64,000 bases of DNA, taken from Melghirimyces algeriensis (GTDB lineage: Bacteria > Bacillota > Bacilli > Thermoactinomycetales > DSM-45169). Made by a program: the position numbers and the translations under genes. Below, piece after piece: positions 38,207-48,334 of the stretch (the first letter of the stretch is position 1; each line of letters begins with the position of its first letter). Below the pieces are notes generated by a model. It was not told where the DNA came from and ran no database searches. It saw only the letters and a list, made by a program, of their open reading frames with translations. Location of the stretch: positions 478,316-542,315 of the forward strand of contig NZ_FXTI01000001.1 of assembly GCF_900182565.1 (NCBI RefSeq), written 5' to 3'.

Positions 38207-39532
38207 ATGCGGCTAAGAGGAACCAGTCAGTTTAACGATCAGGGACACTTGGAAATCGGGGGATGTGATACGGTTGAGCTTGCGGAACAGTTTGGAACCC
38301 CCCTATATATAATGGATGAATGGATGATTCGCCAACGGATGCGTGAATATATGCAAGCGTTCCAAAAAACCGGTTTAGCTTTCCAGGTGGCATATGCCAG
38401 TAAAGCCTTTAGTACATTGGCCATGTGTCGTTTGGTGGCGGAAGAAGGGTTGCATCTGGATGTTGTTTCGGATGGGGAGTTGTTTACTGCGTTAAAAGCG
38501 GGCTTTCCTGCAGAAAGAATTTATTTTCATGGAAATAACAAGACACGTGAAGAGTTGGAAATGGGTTTGGATGCTGGAATTGGCTGGTTTGTGGTGGATA
38601 ATTTTAATGAGTTGTCCATGCTGAGTTCCCTTGCATACAAAAAGGGGCTAACCGCGCGTGTATTGCTCCGTACGACTCCTGGAGTGGAAGCTCATACTCA
38701 TACGTATATTCAGACTGGTCAGGAGGATTCCAAGTTTGGTTTTAATCTGGCGAGTGGGCAAGTTCATAAAGCAGTGGAGCGCTGCTTGCAATATAAAGGT
38801 TTGAAAGTGGACGGGTTTCATTGTCATATCGGTTCCCAGATTTTTGAGACAGACGGTTTTCGTCTAGCTGTACAGAAGCTTGTCACTCTTTCTGAGGAAT
38901 GCCGGAATTTATTCGGTTTTCAGACCCGGATTCTCAATCTGGGAGGAGGGTTTGGAATTCGATACAATGAAGAGGATCGTCCCATGTCTGTGGATCAATA
39001 TATTTTTGCCATTGCGGAAGAGATCCGGTCCGGTTTTTCCGAGAAGGACATTCCCCAGGTTGTTGTGGAACCGGGGCGCAGTATCGTGGGAGAAGCCGGA
39101 ACTACGTTATATCGTGTGGGGACCATTAAACAAATCCCAGGCGTAAGGAAGTATATCTCTGTGGATGGCGGAATGAATGATAATCCTCGTCCAGCTCTGT
39201 ACCGTGCATCTTATGAGGCTATATTAGCCAACCGGACCTCGGAACAGCCGGAAGAGACGGTTTCCGTAGCGGGTAAATTGTGTGAGTCCGGGGATATGTT
39301 AATCTGGGATATTGACCTTCCTCATGTGAAAAGCGGTGATTTGTTGGCTGTAACCTGCACAGGAGCCTATAACTATTCCATGGCAAACAATTACAATCGT
39401 TTGCGTCGACCTGCGGTTGTTTTTGTGCGTGATGGATATTCAGATGTGGTAGTCCGCCGTGAAAGTATGGAAGACCTGATTAAAAATGACCGGATTCCGA
39501 ATCGTTTACTGACACCGAACGGTCAATGCTGA
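38207..39532 (+). CDS. lysA: Diaminopimelate decarboxylase
   Basis: PLP-dependent fold III decarboxylase with an N-terminus similar to B. subtilis LysA (GTSQFNDQGHLEIGG...YASKAF). ATG 38207 after GAGGGG. Confidence 0.85.
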   Translation: MRLRGTSQFNDQGHLEIGGCDTVELAEQFGTPLYIMDEWMIRQRMREYMQAFQKTGLAFQVAYASKAFSTLAMCRLVAEEGLHLDVVSDGELFTALKAGFPAERIYFHGNNKTREELEMGLDAGIGWFVVDNFNELSMLSSLAYKKGLTARVLLRTTPGVEAHTHTYIQTGQEDSKFGFNLASGQVHKAVERCLQYKGLKVDGFHCHIGSQIFETDGFRLAVQKLVTLSEECRNLFGFQTRILNLGGGFGIRYNEEDRPMSVDQYIFAIAEEIRSGFSEKDIPQVVVEPGRSIVGEAGTTLYRVGTIKQIPGVRKYISVDGGMNDNPRPALYRASYEAILANRTSEQPEETVSVAGKLCESGDMLIWDIDLPHVKSGDLLAVTCTGAYNYSMANNYNRLRRPAVVFVRDGYSDVVVRRESMEDLIKNDRIPNRLLTPNGQC

Positions 39533-39728
39533 ACCGATTATCCTCCGTTCTGTTAGAGGCTTTGCTTGATCGGTGAGTTAATCCGGAAAAACAGCACCGA
39601 AGGACCACCATTGTGGAGGTTCTGCCAGGGATGCTACATGAAAGATTGGTTGATTTTACTAATAAATTAGGTCTTATGGAGTAGTGCACTTCTAATCGAT
39701 GGTTTAAAGAGATCGGATGTTTACATTA

Positions 39729-39758
39729 TTGAAGAAGAGGATTTGTTTTCTGTATACT
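39729..39758 (+). promoter_or_regulatory. Candidate SigA promoter TTGAAG-18-TATACT
   Basis: About 100 nt upstream of the M23 peptidase gene. Confidence 0.25.
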
Positions 39759-39864
39759 ACCAATGAGGCTTAATCTCTTTACATAAAGGGATAAGCGTTG
39801 TGATAGAGGCAATTTTTGCAGTTTTGGACGTTGCCTATTCCCTGACCGGAAAGGGTGAATAATT

Positions 39865-40941
39865 TTGAAAATAGCGGGAGATGGTGGATGGAAGCGAACG
39901 CTGATTACTGTAGCGGTATCTTTTGGATTGGTGATCTCTGTTTGGCCGCCGATTCTCGTTGAGGCCAATAAAGAGGATGAGGTGAAAAATAATCTGAAAG
40001 ATGTGGAAGAGGATCAGAAAAAGACCAAAAACGAGATTGAAAAGCTGAAAAAAAAGGTGGATTCTCTCAAAGAAGATCTTCGCAAGTTGGAAAAGGATTT
40101 GGAGAAAGAGAAAAAAGAGGAGGAAAAGGCTGAAAAGAAGCTGAAAAAAGCCGAAGAAACCTTGGATCAGCAGGCTGATCGGTATAAAACCAGTGTTCGT
40201 TCCATGTATTTAAACGGTGGGACCAACCAAATGGCATCCCTTTTAGCTGCGGAATCTTTTGATGAATTTTTGGCTCGATTTGAAATGATGCGTCTCATTA
40301 TCAAGAAGGATTATAAGGTTGTTGAAAAGTATTATCAAGCCAAGAGCAAAGCGGAAAAAGCAAAGAAAGAGGTTGAGAAGTCGAGAAAAGAGGTAGAAGA
40401 GAAGACCGAAGAGGCTGAAAAAGAGTACAAAAAAATGGTCGACTTATTGAAGGAGAACCGCTCTACCCTGCATCAGTTGGAAGAGAAGGAACAAGATTAC
40501 CGTCAAACATTGTCCCAGTTAAACCTGGAACACTTAAAAGCAGGGAATTTTCCCTATCAAGGCCCGCTTCAAAGACCAGTGAACGGTCCGGTTACGTCCG
40601 GTTATGGTCCTCGTGGGGGAGAATTTCACACTGGGGTTGATTTTGATGGCACCACCAGCACGCCCATTCGCGCTGCTGCCAATGGCCGGGTCATTCGGGC
40701 GCAGAGCTGTTCGTGCGGGTATGGTTACTACATTATGATTGATCACGGAGGCGGTGTCTTTTCCTTATACGCGCATATGTGGTCTTGGCAGTCCAAGGTG
40801 TCTGTCGGCCAGGTGGTCAAAAAAGGACAATTGATCGCTTATGTTGGAAATAATGGTCGGTCCACCGGATCACACCTTCACTTTGAAGTACATAAGGGAC
40901 GGCCTGGAAATTATACCAACCCGTGGTCCTATATTCAATAA
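39865..40941 (+). CDS. M23 family metallopeptidase with an N-terminal signal/TM segment and a long coiled-coil (EnvC-like architecture)
   Basis: The coiled-coil region is K/E-rich and the C-terminal LytM domain has HTGVDFD and HLHFEV motifs. Confidence 0.7.
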   Translation: MKIAGDGGWKRTLITVAVSFGLVISVWPPILVEANKEDEVKNNLKDVEEDQKKTKNEIEKLKKKVDSLKEDLRKLEKDLEKEKKEEEKAEKKLKKAEETLDQQADRYKTSVRSMYLNGGTNQMASLLAAESFDEFLARFEMMRLIIKKDYKVVEKYYQAKSKAEKAKKEVEKSRKEVEEKTEEAEKEYKKMVDLLKENRSTLHQLEEKEQDYRQTLSQLNLEHLKAGNFPYQGPLQRPVNGPVTSGYGPRGGEFHTGVDFDGTTSTPIRAAANGRVIRAQSCSCGYGYYIMIDHGGGVFSLYAHMWSWQSKVSVGQVVKKGQLIAYVGNNGRSTGSHLHFEVHKGRPGNYTNPWSYIQ

Positions 40942-40950
40942 TTTGCTTAC

Positions 40951-40979
40951 CCCTTCCCTTTGGTGGAAGGGTTTTTTTA
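40951..40979 (+). terminator. Intrinsic terminator CCCTTCC...GGAAGGG + T7
   Basis: 7-bp GC-rich stem followed by TTTTTTT. Confidence 0.65.
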
Positions 40980-41079
40980 TGAAGAATTTGTGCCTGATCA
41001 AGCAGTTAGGGTTGGATTTTTTCGATCTGTGGTAGAATGAACAAGGAAACCCGTACACAGAGAGGGGGATGCTACAGAA

Positions 41080-42027
41080 ATGAATCGTTTTCATAAAGGG
41101 CTTGCTGTGCTGGGGGTTATCGGGACGTTTCTGATTCTCCTCATGGGAGCTTTGGTGACAAAAACCGGTTCTCAGGCGGGGTGTGGTAATACATGGCCCT
41201 TCTGTCATGGGGAAGTGTTTCCCAGTTATCATACCCTGGAGTTGTGGATTGAATATAGTCACAGAATTGTAGCCGGCTTGGTAGGCTTGATCGTTTTGAT
41301 CCTGTCGGTGTGGTCCTGGCGGGATTATCCAGATAATGGGAAGATGAAGTTGTTTGCTTTCAGCAGTAGTTTTTTTGTGGTCCTGCAAGGATTGATTGGA
41401 GCGGCAGCCGTTGTGTGGGGACAGTCAGATGCTGTTTTAGCCCTGCATTTCGGTTTTTCGCTGCTTTCTTTTTCCAGTGTGGTTCTTCTATTGATCTTGT
41501 TATTGCAGATGGATGAAAAACAGAGAGGGCGGCCAAATCAAGGGGATACGGCTGTCACTCCTAAAATGAAAGCGGCGATTTGGGGACTGGCTGTATATAC
41601 CTATATCGTGGTTTATACTGGGGCTTATGTCCGCCACACGGGTTCCAGTCTGGGATGTACCGATTGGCCACTTTGTGGTGGTCAGTGGATTCCCGATATG
41701 ACCAGCCAAGTTGGAATCCAACTTACTCACCGTCTATTTGCGGGCCTTCTCCTTTTCTTCACCATATGGCTTTTATGGGCTATAAAGAAGCATCATCCAA
41801 ATCGAAAGGATTTGATTCGCGGTGCTTGGTGGTCCGTTGTCCTCATTCTCCTTCAAGTGGTGACAGGAGGAGCGATTGTACTAACCAAACTGGAATTGAT
41901 GATTGCGTTGATTCATGCTGCGCTGGTATCTGCCTATTTTTCAGCTCTCTGTTATCTCTGTATGCAGGTAGGTCCTCCATGGAAAAAAAGGACAGATATG
42001 AAAGCAAAACCGCAGCTATCCCAATAA
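41080..42027 (+). CDS. ctaA: Heme A synthase
   Basis: Eight predicted TM helices, conserved Cys pairs (CGNTWPFC, CTDWPLC) and heme-ligand His residues. Confidence 0.8.
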   Translation: MNRFHKGLAVLGVIGTFLILLMGALVTKTGSQAGCGNTWPFCHGEVFPSYHTLELWIEYSHRIVAGLVGLIVLILSVWSWRDYPDNGKMKLFAFSSSFFVVLQGLIGAAAVVWGQSDAVLALHFGFSLLSFSSVVLLLILLLQMDEKQRGRPNQGDTAVTPKMKAAIWGLAVYTYIVVYTGAYVRHTGSSLGCTDWPLCGGQWIPDMTSQVGIQLTHRLFAGLLLFFTIWLLWAIKKHHPNRKDLIRGAWWSVVLILLQVVTGGAIVLTKLELMIALIHAALVSAYFSALCYLCMQVGPPWKKRTDMKAKPQLSQ

Positions 42028-42139
42028 TCATATAAAAAGTATGAACATCGATTTATTTTTTGTGTTAAGATAAGGGTAAGGATTGGATCATGTCCCTCAC
42101 TGTGGTGAGGGTATTTTCAAAAAAGCATATAGAAACTGC

Positions 42140-42337
42140 ACAATCCTTCGGGGCTGGGTGAAATTCCCGACCGGCGGTGATGGAGAGTACTCCTCAGTCC
42201 GTGACCCGCGCAAGCGGTGGATCCGGTGAAACTCCGGGGCCGACAGTGAAAGTCTGGATGGGAGAAGGATGAATGTTTCATACTCGTGCGTAGTAATCGG
42301 GAAACCCTCTCTATGAATGAAGGAGGGTTTGGTTCCG
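42140..42337 (+). ncRNA. FMN riboswitch (RFN element) with a terminator hairpin
   Basis: CCTTCGGGGCTGGGTGAAATTCCCGACCGGCGGTGA...CCGTGACCCG...CGGTGGATCCGGTGAAACTCCGGGGCCGACAGTGAAAGTCTGGATGGGAGAAGGATGAA matches the RFN consensus nearly position by position. The terminator GAAACCCTC...GAGGGTTTGGTT follows. Confidence 0.75.
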
Positions 42338-42606
42338 ATTGGACATATTTGCGGACAGAGCTTCCCAGGGAGACGTGTGTCCATATCGTTTTCTTGGATT
42401 TGTCCTAAAATCGTCGCACATAGACGGGTACGTTTTTTGGCAGTACCCTTTATAAGTCGTGCCGTATCGCTGTTTACCGTTTGGCTATTGACCCGACCAC
42501 CCAGGTGGAAGGGGAAGGGACGGAGAAGAATGAACGTTCCTTCTGCTGTTACGGACTGTGATGGATCAGAGATACGTTGCGCATGTTTTGTATATCTCCC
42601 ACAGTA

Positions 42607-42640
42607 AAAGCCCTGAAGGTCTAGACAGGGCTTTTTTTGA
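42607..42640 (+). terminator. Second intrinsic terminator just upstream of ribD (AAAGCCCTG...CAGGGCTTTTTTT)
   Basis: 9-bp stem followed by T7. It lies between the RFN aptamer and the ribD start. Confidence 0.55.
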
Positions 42641-42665
42641 TGCCGTATGAAAAGGGGGGGATGAT

Positions 42666-43787
42666 GTGAAAGAGAAGGATCAAGCCTACGATAAACATTG
42701 GATGGAGTTAGCGTTGCAACTTGCGGGATCGGCCAAGGGACAGACATCTCCCAATCCGATGGTTGGAGCGGTTGCAGTAAAAAAGGGGGAGTTAATTGGT
42801 TCAGGTGCGCACCTGAAGGCGGGTACTCCCCATGCAGAAGTGCATGCTCTTCAGATGGCTGGAGACATGGCCAAAGGGAGCACGCTCTATGTCACCTTGG
42901 AGCCTTGCAATCATATGGGATGCACCCCTCCCTGCACCGAAAGGATTATTCAATCCGGTGTAAAAAGGGTTGTGATCGGGAGTAAAGATCCGGACCCCCG
43001 TGTTTCCGGTGAAGGGATTCGTCGTCTGCAAAATGCAGGAATCGAAGTGGAACTGGGAGTTTTAGCTGAACCATGTGATCGATTGAATGAAGCGTATTTT
43101 CACCATCGCAGGACAGGGACCCCTTTTGTATGTTTAAAGGCAGCGATCACTTTGGATGGGAAGATTGCAACCCCAACAGGAGACAGTCGCTGGGTGACGG
43201 GGAAAGCAGCACGGGAGGAGGTCCATCGGCTTCGTCATCAGTATGATGCAATTCTCGTCGGTTCCAAAACGGTTCTTAACGATCACCCCCGTTTAACTGC
43301 TCGCGTTCCTGGAGGTGGAAAAAACCCGCTTCGTGTCATATTGGACAGTTATCTGCGCCTGCCGATCGAGACTCCAGTGACAGATGTAGAAACAGCTCCG
43401 ACTTGGATATTTTGTACCAATCATGCAGATCAGGAGAAAGAAAGAATCTTGCTGCAAAAGGGAGTGCGGGTGATTCGGACAGGAAATGGGCCAAGGGTTC
43501 ATTTGGCTGAGGTTTTTAAACGTCTGGGGAATGAAGGGGTTATTTCTGTTTTGGCGGAAAGCGGTGGAGAGTTAAATGCCTCCCTGCTTCGGGAAGGTTG
43601 GGTAAATAAAGTGATCTTTTTTATTGCCCCCAAAATTCTGGGAGGAAAAGAGAGTCCCACAGCCGTTGAAGGTGATGGACCGCAAAGGATGGGGGATGCA
43701 TGGGCGCTTCAGGATGTCTCTTTCCGTTCTTTTGGGGAAGACTTATGTTTGATCGGATATCCTAGGCGAGGAAAAGAGGAGGGATAG
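42666..43787 (+). CDS. ribD: Bifunctional riboflavin biosynthesis deaminase/reductase
   Basis: Cytidine-deaminase zinc motif (HAEVHAL...PCNHMGCTPPC) plus a C-terminal reductase domain. GTG start after G7. Confidence 0.85.
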   Translation: MKEKDQAYDKHWMELALQLAGSAKGQTSPNPMVGAVAVKKGELIGSGAHLKAGTPHAEVHALQMAGDMAKGSTLYVTLEPCNHMGCTPPCTERIIQSGVKRVVIGSKDPDPRVSGEGIRRLQNAGIEVELGVLAEPCDRLNEAYFHHRRTGTPFVCLKAAITLDGKIATPTGDSRWVTGKAAREEVHRLRHQYDAILVGSKTVLNDHPRLTARVPGGGKNPLRVILDSYLRLPIETPVTDVETAPTWIFCTNHADQEKERILLQKGVRVIRTGNGPRVHLAEVFKRLGNEGVISVLAESGGELNASLLREGWVNKVIFFIAPKILGGKESPTAVEGDGPQRMGDAWALQDVSFRSFGEDLCLIGYPRRGKEEG

Positions 43788-43788
43788 G

Positions 43789-44427
43789 ATGTTTACCGGT
43801 TTGGTGGAAGAGGTGGGGTCCATTCGTTCGATGCATCGTACCGGCAATGCCATGAAGGTTACCGTTACGTGTCACCAAATATTGAAGGGCTTAAAGAAAG
43901 GGGACAGTATTGCGGTTAATGGTGTCTGTTTAACAGTGACATCATTTGGTTCCGATTTTTTTACAGCAGATATTATGCCGGAGACGGTTAAGAAAACAAA
44001 TTTCAAAAGCCTGAGTCCGCGTTCCCTTGTAAACTTGGAACGCGCGCTGGCTGTGGGTGAGCGGATGGGAGGGCACTTTGTTCAGGGACATGTGGACGGT
44101 GAGGGAAAGATTCTTTCCCGGATTCCATATGATAATGCGGTTCTGTTTACGATCCAGGTTCCAGAAGAGCTCACAGACTGGATGGTGGATCAAGGATCTG
44201 TGGCAGTGAATGGGATCAGCTTGACCATTGTAAAGGTCGAATCAGAATCTTTTTCCGTTTCAATCATTCCACATACCCTTGAGGCTACACAACTGAAAGA
44301 AGCTCGAACGGGCGATTCAGTCAATATTGAATGTGACTTGGTGGGTAAATATGTTGCCAAGCTGGCACACGGTTATTCATCGGTTGGAGTTACCGAAAAT
44401 GTTTTAAGAAAACATGGTTTTTCATAA
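43789..44427 (+). CDS. ribE: Riboflavin synthase alpha chain
   Basis: Two lumazine-binding repeats (MFTGLVEEVG... and VQGHVDGEG). Confidence 0.85.
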   Translation: MFTGLVEEVGSIRSMHRTGNAMKVTVTCHQILKGLKKGDSIAVNGVCLTVTSFGSDFFTADIMPETVKKTNFKSLSPRSLVNLERALAVGERMGGHFVQGHVDGEGKILSRIPYDNAVLFTIQVPEELTDWMVDQGSVAVNGISLTIVKVESESFSVSIIPHTLEATQLKEARTGDSVNIECDLVGKYVAKLAHGYSSVGVTENVLRKHGFS

Positions 44428-44440
44428 GGAGGTGTGATGT

Positions 44441-45640
44441 ATGTCTGGGTTTCATTCCATTGAAGAAGCGATCTATGCCTTAATGGAAGGGCAAATTATT
44501 ATTGTGGTGGATGATGAAGACCGGGAGAATGAAGGAGATTTTGTTGTTCTGGCCGAGAAAGCCTCTCCCGAAGCCATTAATTTTATGATTAAACATGGAC
44601 GGGGGTTGGTATGTGTTCCCATTACGGAAAGTCGGGCCAAGGAATTAGATTTGCCCCTGATGGTTCAAAAGAATACGGAAGCCCACGAGACGGCTTTTAC
44701 GGTATCCGTGGATAGTGTAGACTGTACAACGGGCATTTCTGCACATGAGCGTTCCAAAACGGTAAAGTCTTTGATTGATCCCGATGCCTGCGGTGAAGAT
44801 TTTCGTCGTCCTGGTCATATCTTTCCTTTGGTCGCCAAGGAAGGAGGGGTTCTTCGGCGGGCGGGGCATACCGAAGCGGGAGTGGATCTTGCACGGTTAT
44901 GCGGAGCGTATCCTGCTGCTGTCATCTGTGAAGTGATCAAAGAAAATGGAGAAATGGCACGGGTTCCGGATTTAATGGAGATTGCAAAAAAAGAAGATCT
45001 TAAAATCATTACCATCCAAGATCTGATCCATTACCGCAACCGAAAGGATCAATTGGTGGAGCGGGTGGTGTCCACACGTCTTCCGACCGAGTTTGGGGAG
45101 TTTACGGCATGCGGCTATCAAAATGAAGTGGATGACAAGGAGCATGTTGCCTTGGTAAAAGGCAAGATTGATCCGGAAAAACCGGTAATGGTTCGCGTTC
45201 ATTCGGAATGTCTGACAGGGGATGTATTTGGTTCCCACCGTTGTGACTGTGGACCCCAACTTCATGCAGCACTTCAACAAATTGAAAGGGAAGGAACAGG
45301 AGTGCTTCTCTATATGCGGCAGGAAGGTCGGGGGATTGGGCTTCTAAACAAACTGAAGGCTTACAAGTTGCAGGAAGAGGGATTGGATACGGTAGAGGCC
45401 AACCAGAAACTGGGGTTTCGTTCGGATCTCAGAGATTATGGAATCGGTGCCCAGATACTGAGGGATCTCGGTGTTCGTAAGATGCGTCTGTTGACAAATA
45501 ACCCACGCAAAATCAAAGGATTGAAAGGTTATGGCCTGGAAGTGACGGAAGTACTGCCGATCCAAATGCCAGTGATTCCGGATAACGAAAAGTACTTAAG
45601 GACGAAACAGAGCAAACTGGGACATATGCTTCATTTCTAG
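44441..45640 (+). CDS. ribBA: Bifunctional DHBP synthase / GTP cyclohydrolase II
   Basis: The N-terminal half resembles RibB and the C-terminal half resembles RibA, including the CxxC zinc site ([15 protein letters not shown]). Confidence 0.85.
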   Translation: MSGFHSIEEAIYALMEGQIIIVVDDEDRENEGDFVVLAEKASPEAINFMIKHGRGLVCVPITESRAKELDLPLMVQKNTEAHETAFTVSVDSVDCTTGISAHERSKTVKSLIDPDACGEDFRRPGHIFPLVAKEGGVLRRAGHTEAGVDLARLCGAYPAAVICEVIKENGEMARVPDLMEIAKKEDLKIITIQDLIHYRNRKDQLVERVVSTRLPTEFGEFTACGYQNEVDDKEHVALVKGKIDPEKPVMVRVHSECLTGDVFGSHRCDCGPQLHAALQQIEREGTGVLLYMRQEGRGIGLLNKLKAYKLQEEGLDTVEANQKLGFRSDLRDYGIGAQILRDLGVRKMRLLTNNPRKIKGLKGYGLEVTEVLPIQMPVIPDNEKYLRTKQSKLGHMLHF

Positions 45641-45659
45641 TCAAAAAGGAGAGAGAAAT

Positions 45660-46142
45660 ATGGGCAGAATTTTTGAAGGGAATTTGACCGGAGAAGGTCT
45701 TTCATTTGGTATTGTGGTGAGCCGGTTTAATGAATTGATTACTTCCAAATTGTTGGAAGGAGCCAAAGATGCCTTAAGACGACATGGAGTAAATGAACAA
45801 GGGGTTGATGTGGCTTGGGTGCCGGGCGCATTTGAGATTCCCCTGATTGCGGATCAAATGGCCGGGTCTAAAAAGTATGATGCAGTGATTGCTCTAGGTG
45901 CAGTGATTCGTGGCTCTACACCCCACTTTGATTATGTGTGTGGTGAATCGGCTAAAGGAATTGCTGCCGCATCTCTTAAACATTCCCTTCCGGTGATTTT
46001 TGGGGTGATTACGGTGGACACCATTGAGCAGGCGATAGAACGTGCCGGAACCAAAGCGGGAAACAAGGGCTGGGAGGCAGCCATGTCCGCGATCGAAACC
46101 GCCAATTTGCAACGCTCATTGAAGCAGGCTTGGGACAATTAA
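45660..46142 (+). CDS. ribH: 6,7-dimethyl-8-ribityllumazine synthase
   Basis: Lumazine synthase fold of the typical 160-aa length. Confidence 0.85.
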   Translation: MGRIFEGNLTGEGLSFGIVVSRFNELITSKLLEGAKDALRRHGVNEQGVDVAWVPGAFEIPLIADQMAGSKKYDAVIALGAVIRGSTPHFDYVCGESAKGIAAASLKHSLPVIFGVITVDTIEQAIERAGTKAGNKGWEAAMSAIETANLQRSLKQAWDN

Positions 46143-46167
46143 ATGAGTGGAAAGGGAGACAAGCGGC

Positions 46168-46953
46168 ATGAAAATGAATATTAAGTTGGATATGTTTGAA
46201 GGACCGCTGGATCTCCTCCTTCATCTGATTGATACATCCGAATTGGATGTATGCGATATCCCCATTTCCCGAATTACAGATCAATATATGGAATATTTAG
46301 AAGCGATGCAAGAATTTCGATTGGAGATTGCCAGTGAATTTCTTGTGATGGCCGCTACACTGCTTTCGATCAAAAGTCAAATGCTCCTTCCCAGGCCGGA
46401 ACCTGCTGATGTTTCAGAAGTACTGGAGGATGAAGAAGGTTTTGATCCCAGGGAAGAACTGATTCAGCGGCTGTTGGAATACAAACGGTATAAACGTCTC
46501 GCGGATACATTGCGAGAACGTGAAGAACAGAGAAGTCAGGTCTACACTCGGATGCCGATGGACTTTACTCCTTATGTTCCGGAAGAAAATCCATTGGAAG
46601 GAATCACACCGGATGATCTTCTTCAGATATTTGTTGATGTCATGGCAGAACAGGAGGAAGAGGAAGAATCTCTGACTCACATGACCCGTGAAGAGGTTTC
46701 TGTGAGTGACCGCATGGAGGAAATTCACAGTTTTTTGTTACAAAAAGGGCAGGTCCACTTTTCTGAGCTGCTTCATTGGAACCGCATCACCAGGGAAAGG
46801 GTCGTTACTACCTTTTTGGCCCTGTTGGAGTTGTTAAAATTAAGGCGGATTCGTATCCAGCAGGGAGAATTATTTGAGGATATCCGCGTGGAAGCTTTTT
46901 CAGAGGAAGGAGGAGAGGAGACTGGACAGCCAACAGCTGAAGCCGGTTATTGA
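46168..46953 (+). CDS. scpA: Segregation and condensation protein A
   Basis: ScpA N-terminal motif FEGPLDLLLHLI. ATG 46168 after GGGAGA. Confidence 0.8.
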   Translation: MKMNIKLDMFEGPLDLLLHLIDTSELDVCDIPISRITDQYMEYLEAMQEFRLEIASEFLVMAATLLSIKSQMLLPRPEPADVSEVLEDEEGFDPREELIQRLLEYKRYKRLADTLREREEQRSQVYTRMPMDFTPYVPEENPLEGITPDDLLQIFVDVMAEQEEEEESLTHMTREEVSVSDRMEEIHSFLLQKGQVHFSELLHWNRITRERVVTTFLALLELLKLRRIRIQQGELFEDIRVEAFSEEGGEETGQPTAEAGY

Positions 46954-47557
46954 AGGTCTTCTGTTTGCAGCTGGGGAGGACGGACTTCGTCCGGCGGAAA
47001 TTGCAGAAGTAACCGGAGTGAATACCAGAGAAGTACGAAAACTGTTAAATGAGATGAAAGAGGATTGGAAGACGGCGGGCCGGGGGATTCAGATTGTGGA
47101 AGTGGCTCAGGTCTACCAATTGACGACGCTTCCAGAACACCGTACTTATTTTGAACAGTTGGCCAAATCCCCCTCTCGTTCCCGACTTTCCCGTGCGGCT
47201 TTGGAGACATTGGCAATTATTGCATACCGTCAACCCATTATCCGGGCGGAGTTGGAGGAGATTCGGGGGGTAAAAAGTGAAAAGGCGATCTACTATTTAA
47301 AGCGAAAAGGTCTGATTCGGGAAGTTGGAAGAGCGGAAGGAGTGGGTCGGCCCATTCTGTATGGAACGACCCGTGAATTTCTTGATTATTTCGGATTGAC
47401 GAGCTTAAAGGAACTTCCACCGGCGGATTCTATCTTTGAATGGGCAGAGTGGGAGCGAGAGAAAAATGAACTTTATGAACGCCTGGGTGTGGACCCTTTA
47501 GCTGCAGAAGAGTCAGTGGATGATGCTCCTATAGATGAAGATGAATCCAATATTTGA
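46874..47557 (+). CDS. scpB: Segregation and condensation protein B
   Basis: ScpB winged-helix motifs (IEGLLFAAGEDGL, PIIRAELEEIRGVKSE). The only standard start is TTG 46874 after GGGAGA, which overlaps the 3' end of scpA by 80 nt. Confidence 0.7.
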   Translation: MRISAWKLFQRKEERRLDSQQLKPVIEGLLFAAGEDGLRPAEIAEVTGVNTREVRKLLNEMKEDWKTAGRGIQIVEVAQVYQLTTLPEHRTYFEQLAKSPSRSRLSRAALETLAIIAYRQPIIRAELEEIRGVKSEKAIYYLKRKGLIREVGRAEGVGRPILYGTTREFLDYFGLTSLKELPPADSIFEWAEWEREKNELYERLGVDPLAAEESVDDAPIDEDESNI

Positions 47558-47559
47558 TT

Positions 47560-47590
47560 TTCCGCGGGTGATTCCCGCGGTTTTTTAGTA
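47560..47590 (+). terminator. Intrinsic terminator CCGCGGG-TGATT-CCCGCGG + T6
   Basis: Perfect 7-bp GC stem followed by TTTTTT. Confidence 0.65.
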
Positions 47591-47593
47591 TGT

Positions 47594-48334
47594 TTGGGGG
47601 AAGAACAGACGATAATATCAGATATTGGAACAGGTATCGCCGGATGGGTGATGGATGTGATCTGGAAACTTCTTCTCGGAGCGATTCTTATCATACTGAT
47701 GATCTTTCCGCTTACTTCAGTTCGGATTCAAGTACGGTACTGGAGAAAAGAGGAAAAGGATCACTTAGAGGTGTATGTTCGGCTATTCTGGGGGCTGATC
47801 CGTTTTAAGTCGACGTTGCCTTCCTTCCGATTGGATCAAACCGGAGTCTCTTTTTGGCGGGAACAGGATACCCGTCAAGTATCTGATGCAAAAAAAAAGG
47901 GAAGGATCAGCCTCAAAAATATCAAACAGTTTCGAGCGAAATTATCCCGTATACGCCGACAAATCGCCTCCTTTAATCATATTACATTGGAAGTTAGCCG
48001 TCGATTTCTCCGACATGTCGTGTGTGAACGGCTAAGGTGGGATACATCTGTGGGAACAGGAGATGCGGCTTCCACCGGTGTCCTTACAGGAGTGATCTGG
48101 GGAGTCAAAACGAGTTTGGTCGGGTTTGCAGGGTCTTATATTCGTTGGGCTTGTCCCCCCCGTTTAAATGTTCAACCCCTCTTTAACAATGACAAAGTGG
48201 AAACCACATTGGACAGTATAATCCGTTTCCGGATCGGGTACGCTATAGTTGCTGTTATTCGCCTGTTGATTCGATTTGTGCGAAATAACAAAGGGGGTGA
48301 AGAAGGTTGGCAGAGCACCCAATTCAAGGCCTGA
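47594..48334 (+). CDS. YtfI-like (DUF2953-like) sporulation membrane protein
   Basis: N-terminal TM segment and adjacency to a YtfJ/GerW-like gene. The start is uncertain because the TTG at 47594 has no RBS; a start at 47651 or the GTG at 47657 is possible. Confidence 0.4.
   Translation: MGEEQTIISDIGTGIAGWVMDVIWKLLLGAILIILMIFPLTSVRIQVRYWRKEEKDHLEVYVRLFWGLIRFKSTLPSFRLDQTGVSFWREQDTRQVSDAKKKGRISLKNIKQFRAKLSRIRRQIASFNHITLEVSRRFLRHVVCERLRWDTSVGTGDAASTGVLTGVIWGVKTSLVGFAGSYIRWACPPRLNVQPLFNNDKVETTLDSIIRFRIGYAIVAVIRLLIRFVRNNKGGEEGWQSTQFKA

Noticed and set aside
39540-39700. Possible c-di-AMP (ydaO-type) or other riboswitch upstream of the M23 cell-wall hydrolase (GGTGAGTTAATCC...CACCGAAGGA)
   Set aside because: Only fragmentary motif resemblance. 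The element lies upstream of, not downstream of, the only plausible promoter at 39729-39758, and directly after the lysA stop. It is more likely a lysA 3' structure.
42097-42747. 216-aa minus-strand ORF, and a 96-aa plus-strand ORF at 42317-42607, overlapping the FMN riboswitch region
   Set aside because: The translations are Pro/Arg/Ser-rich and low-complexity and have no RBS. They are antisense to, or embedded in, a clearly recognisable RFN leader, so they are almost certainly non-coding.
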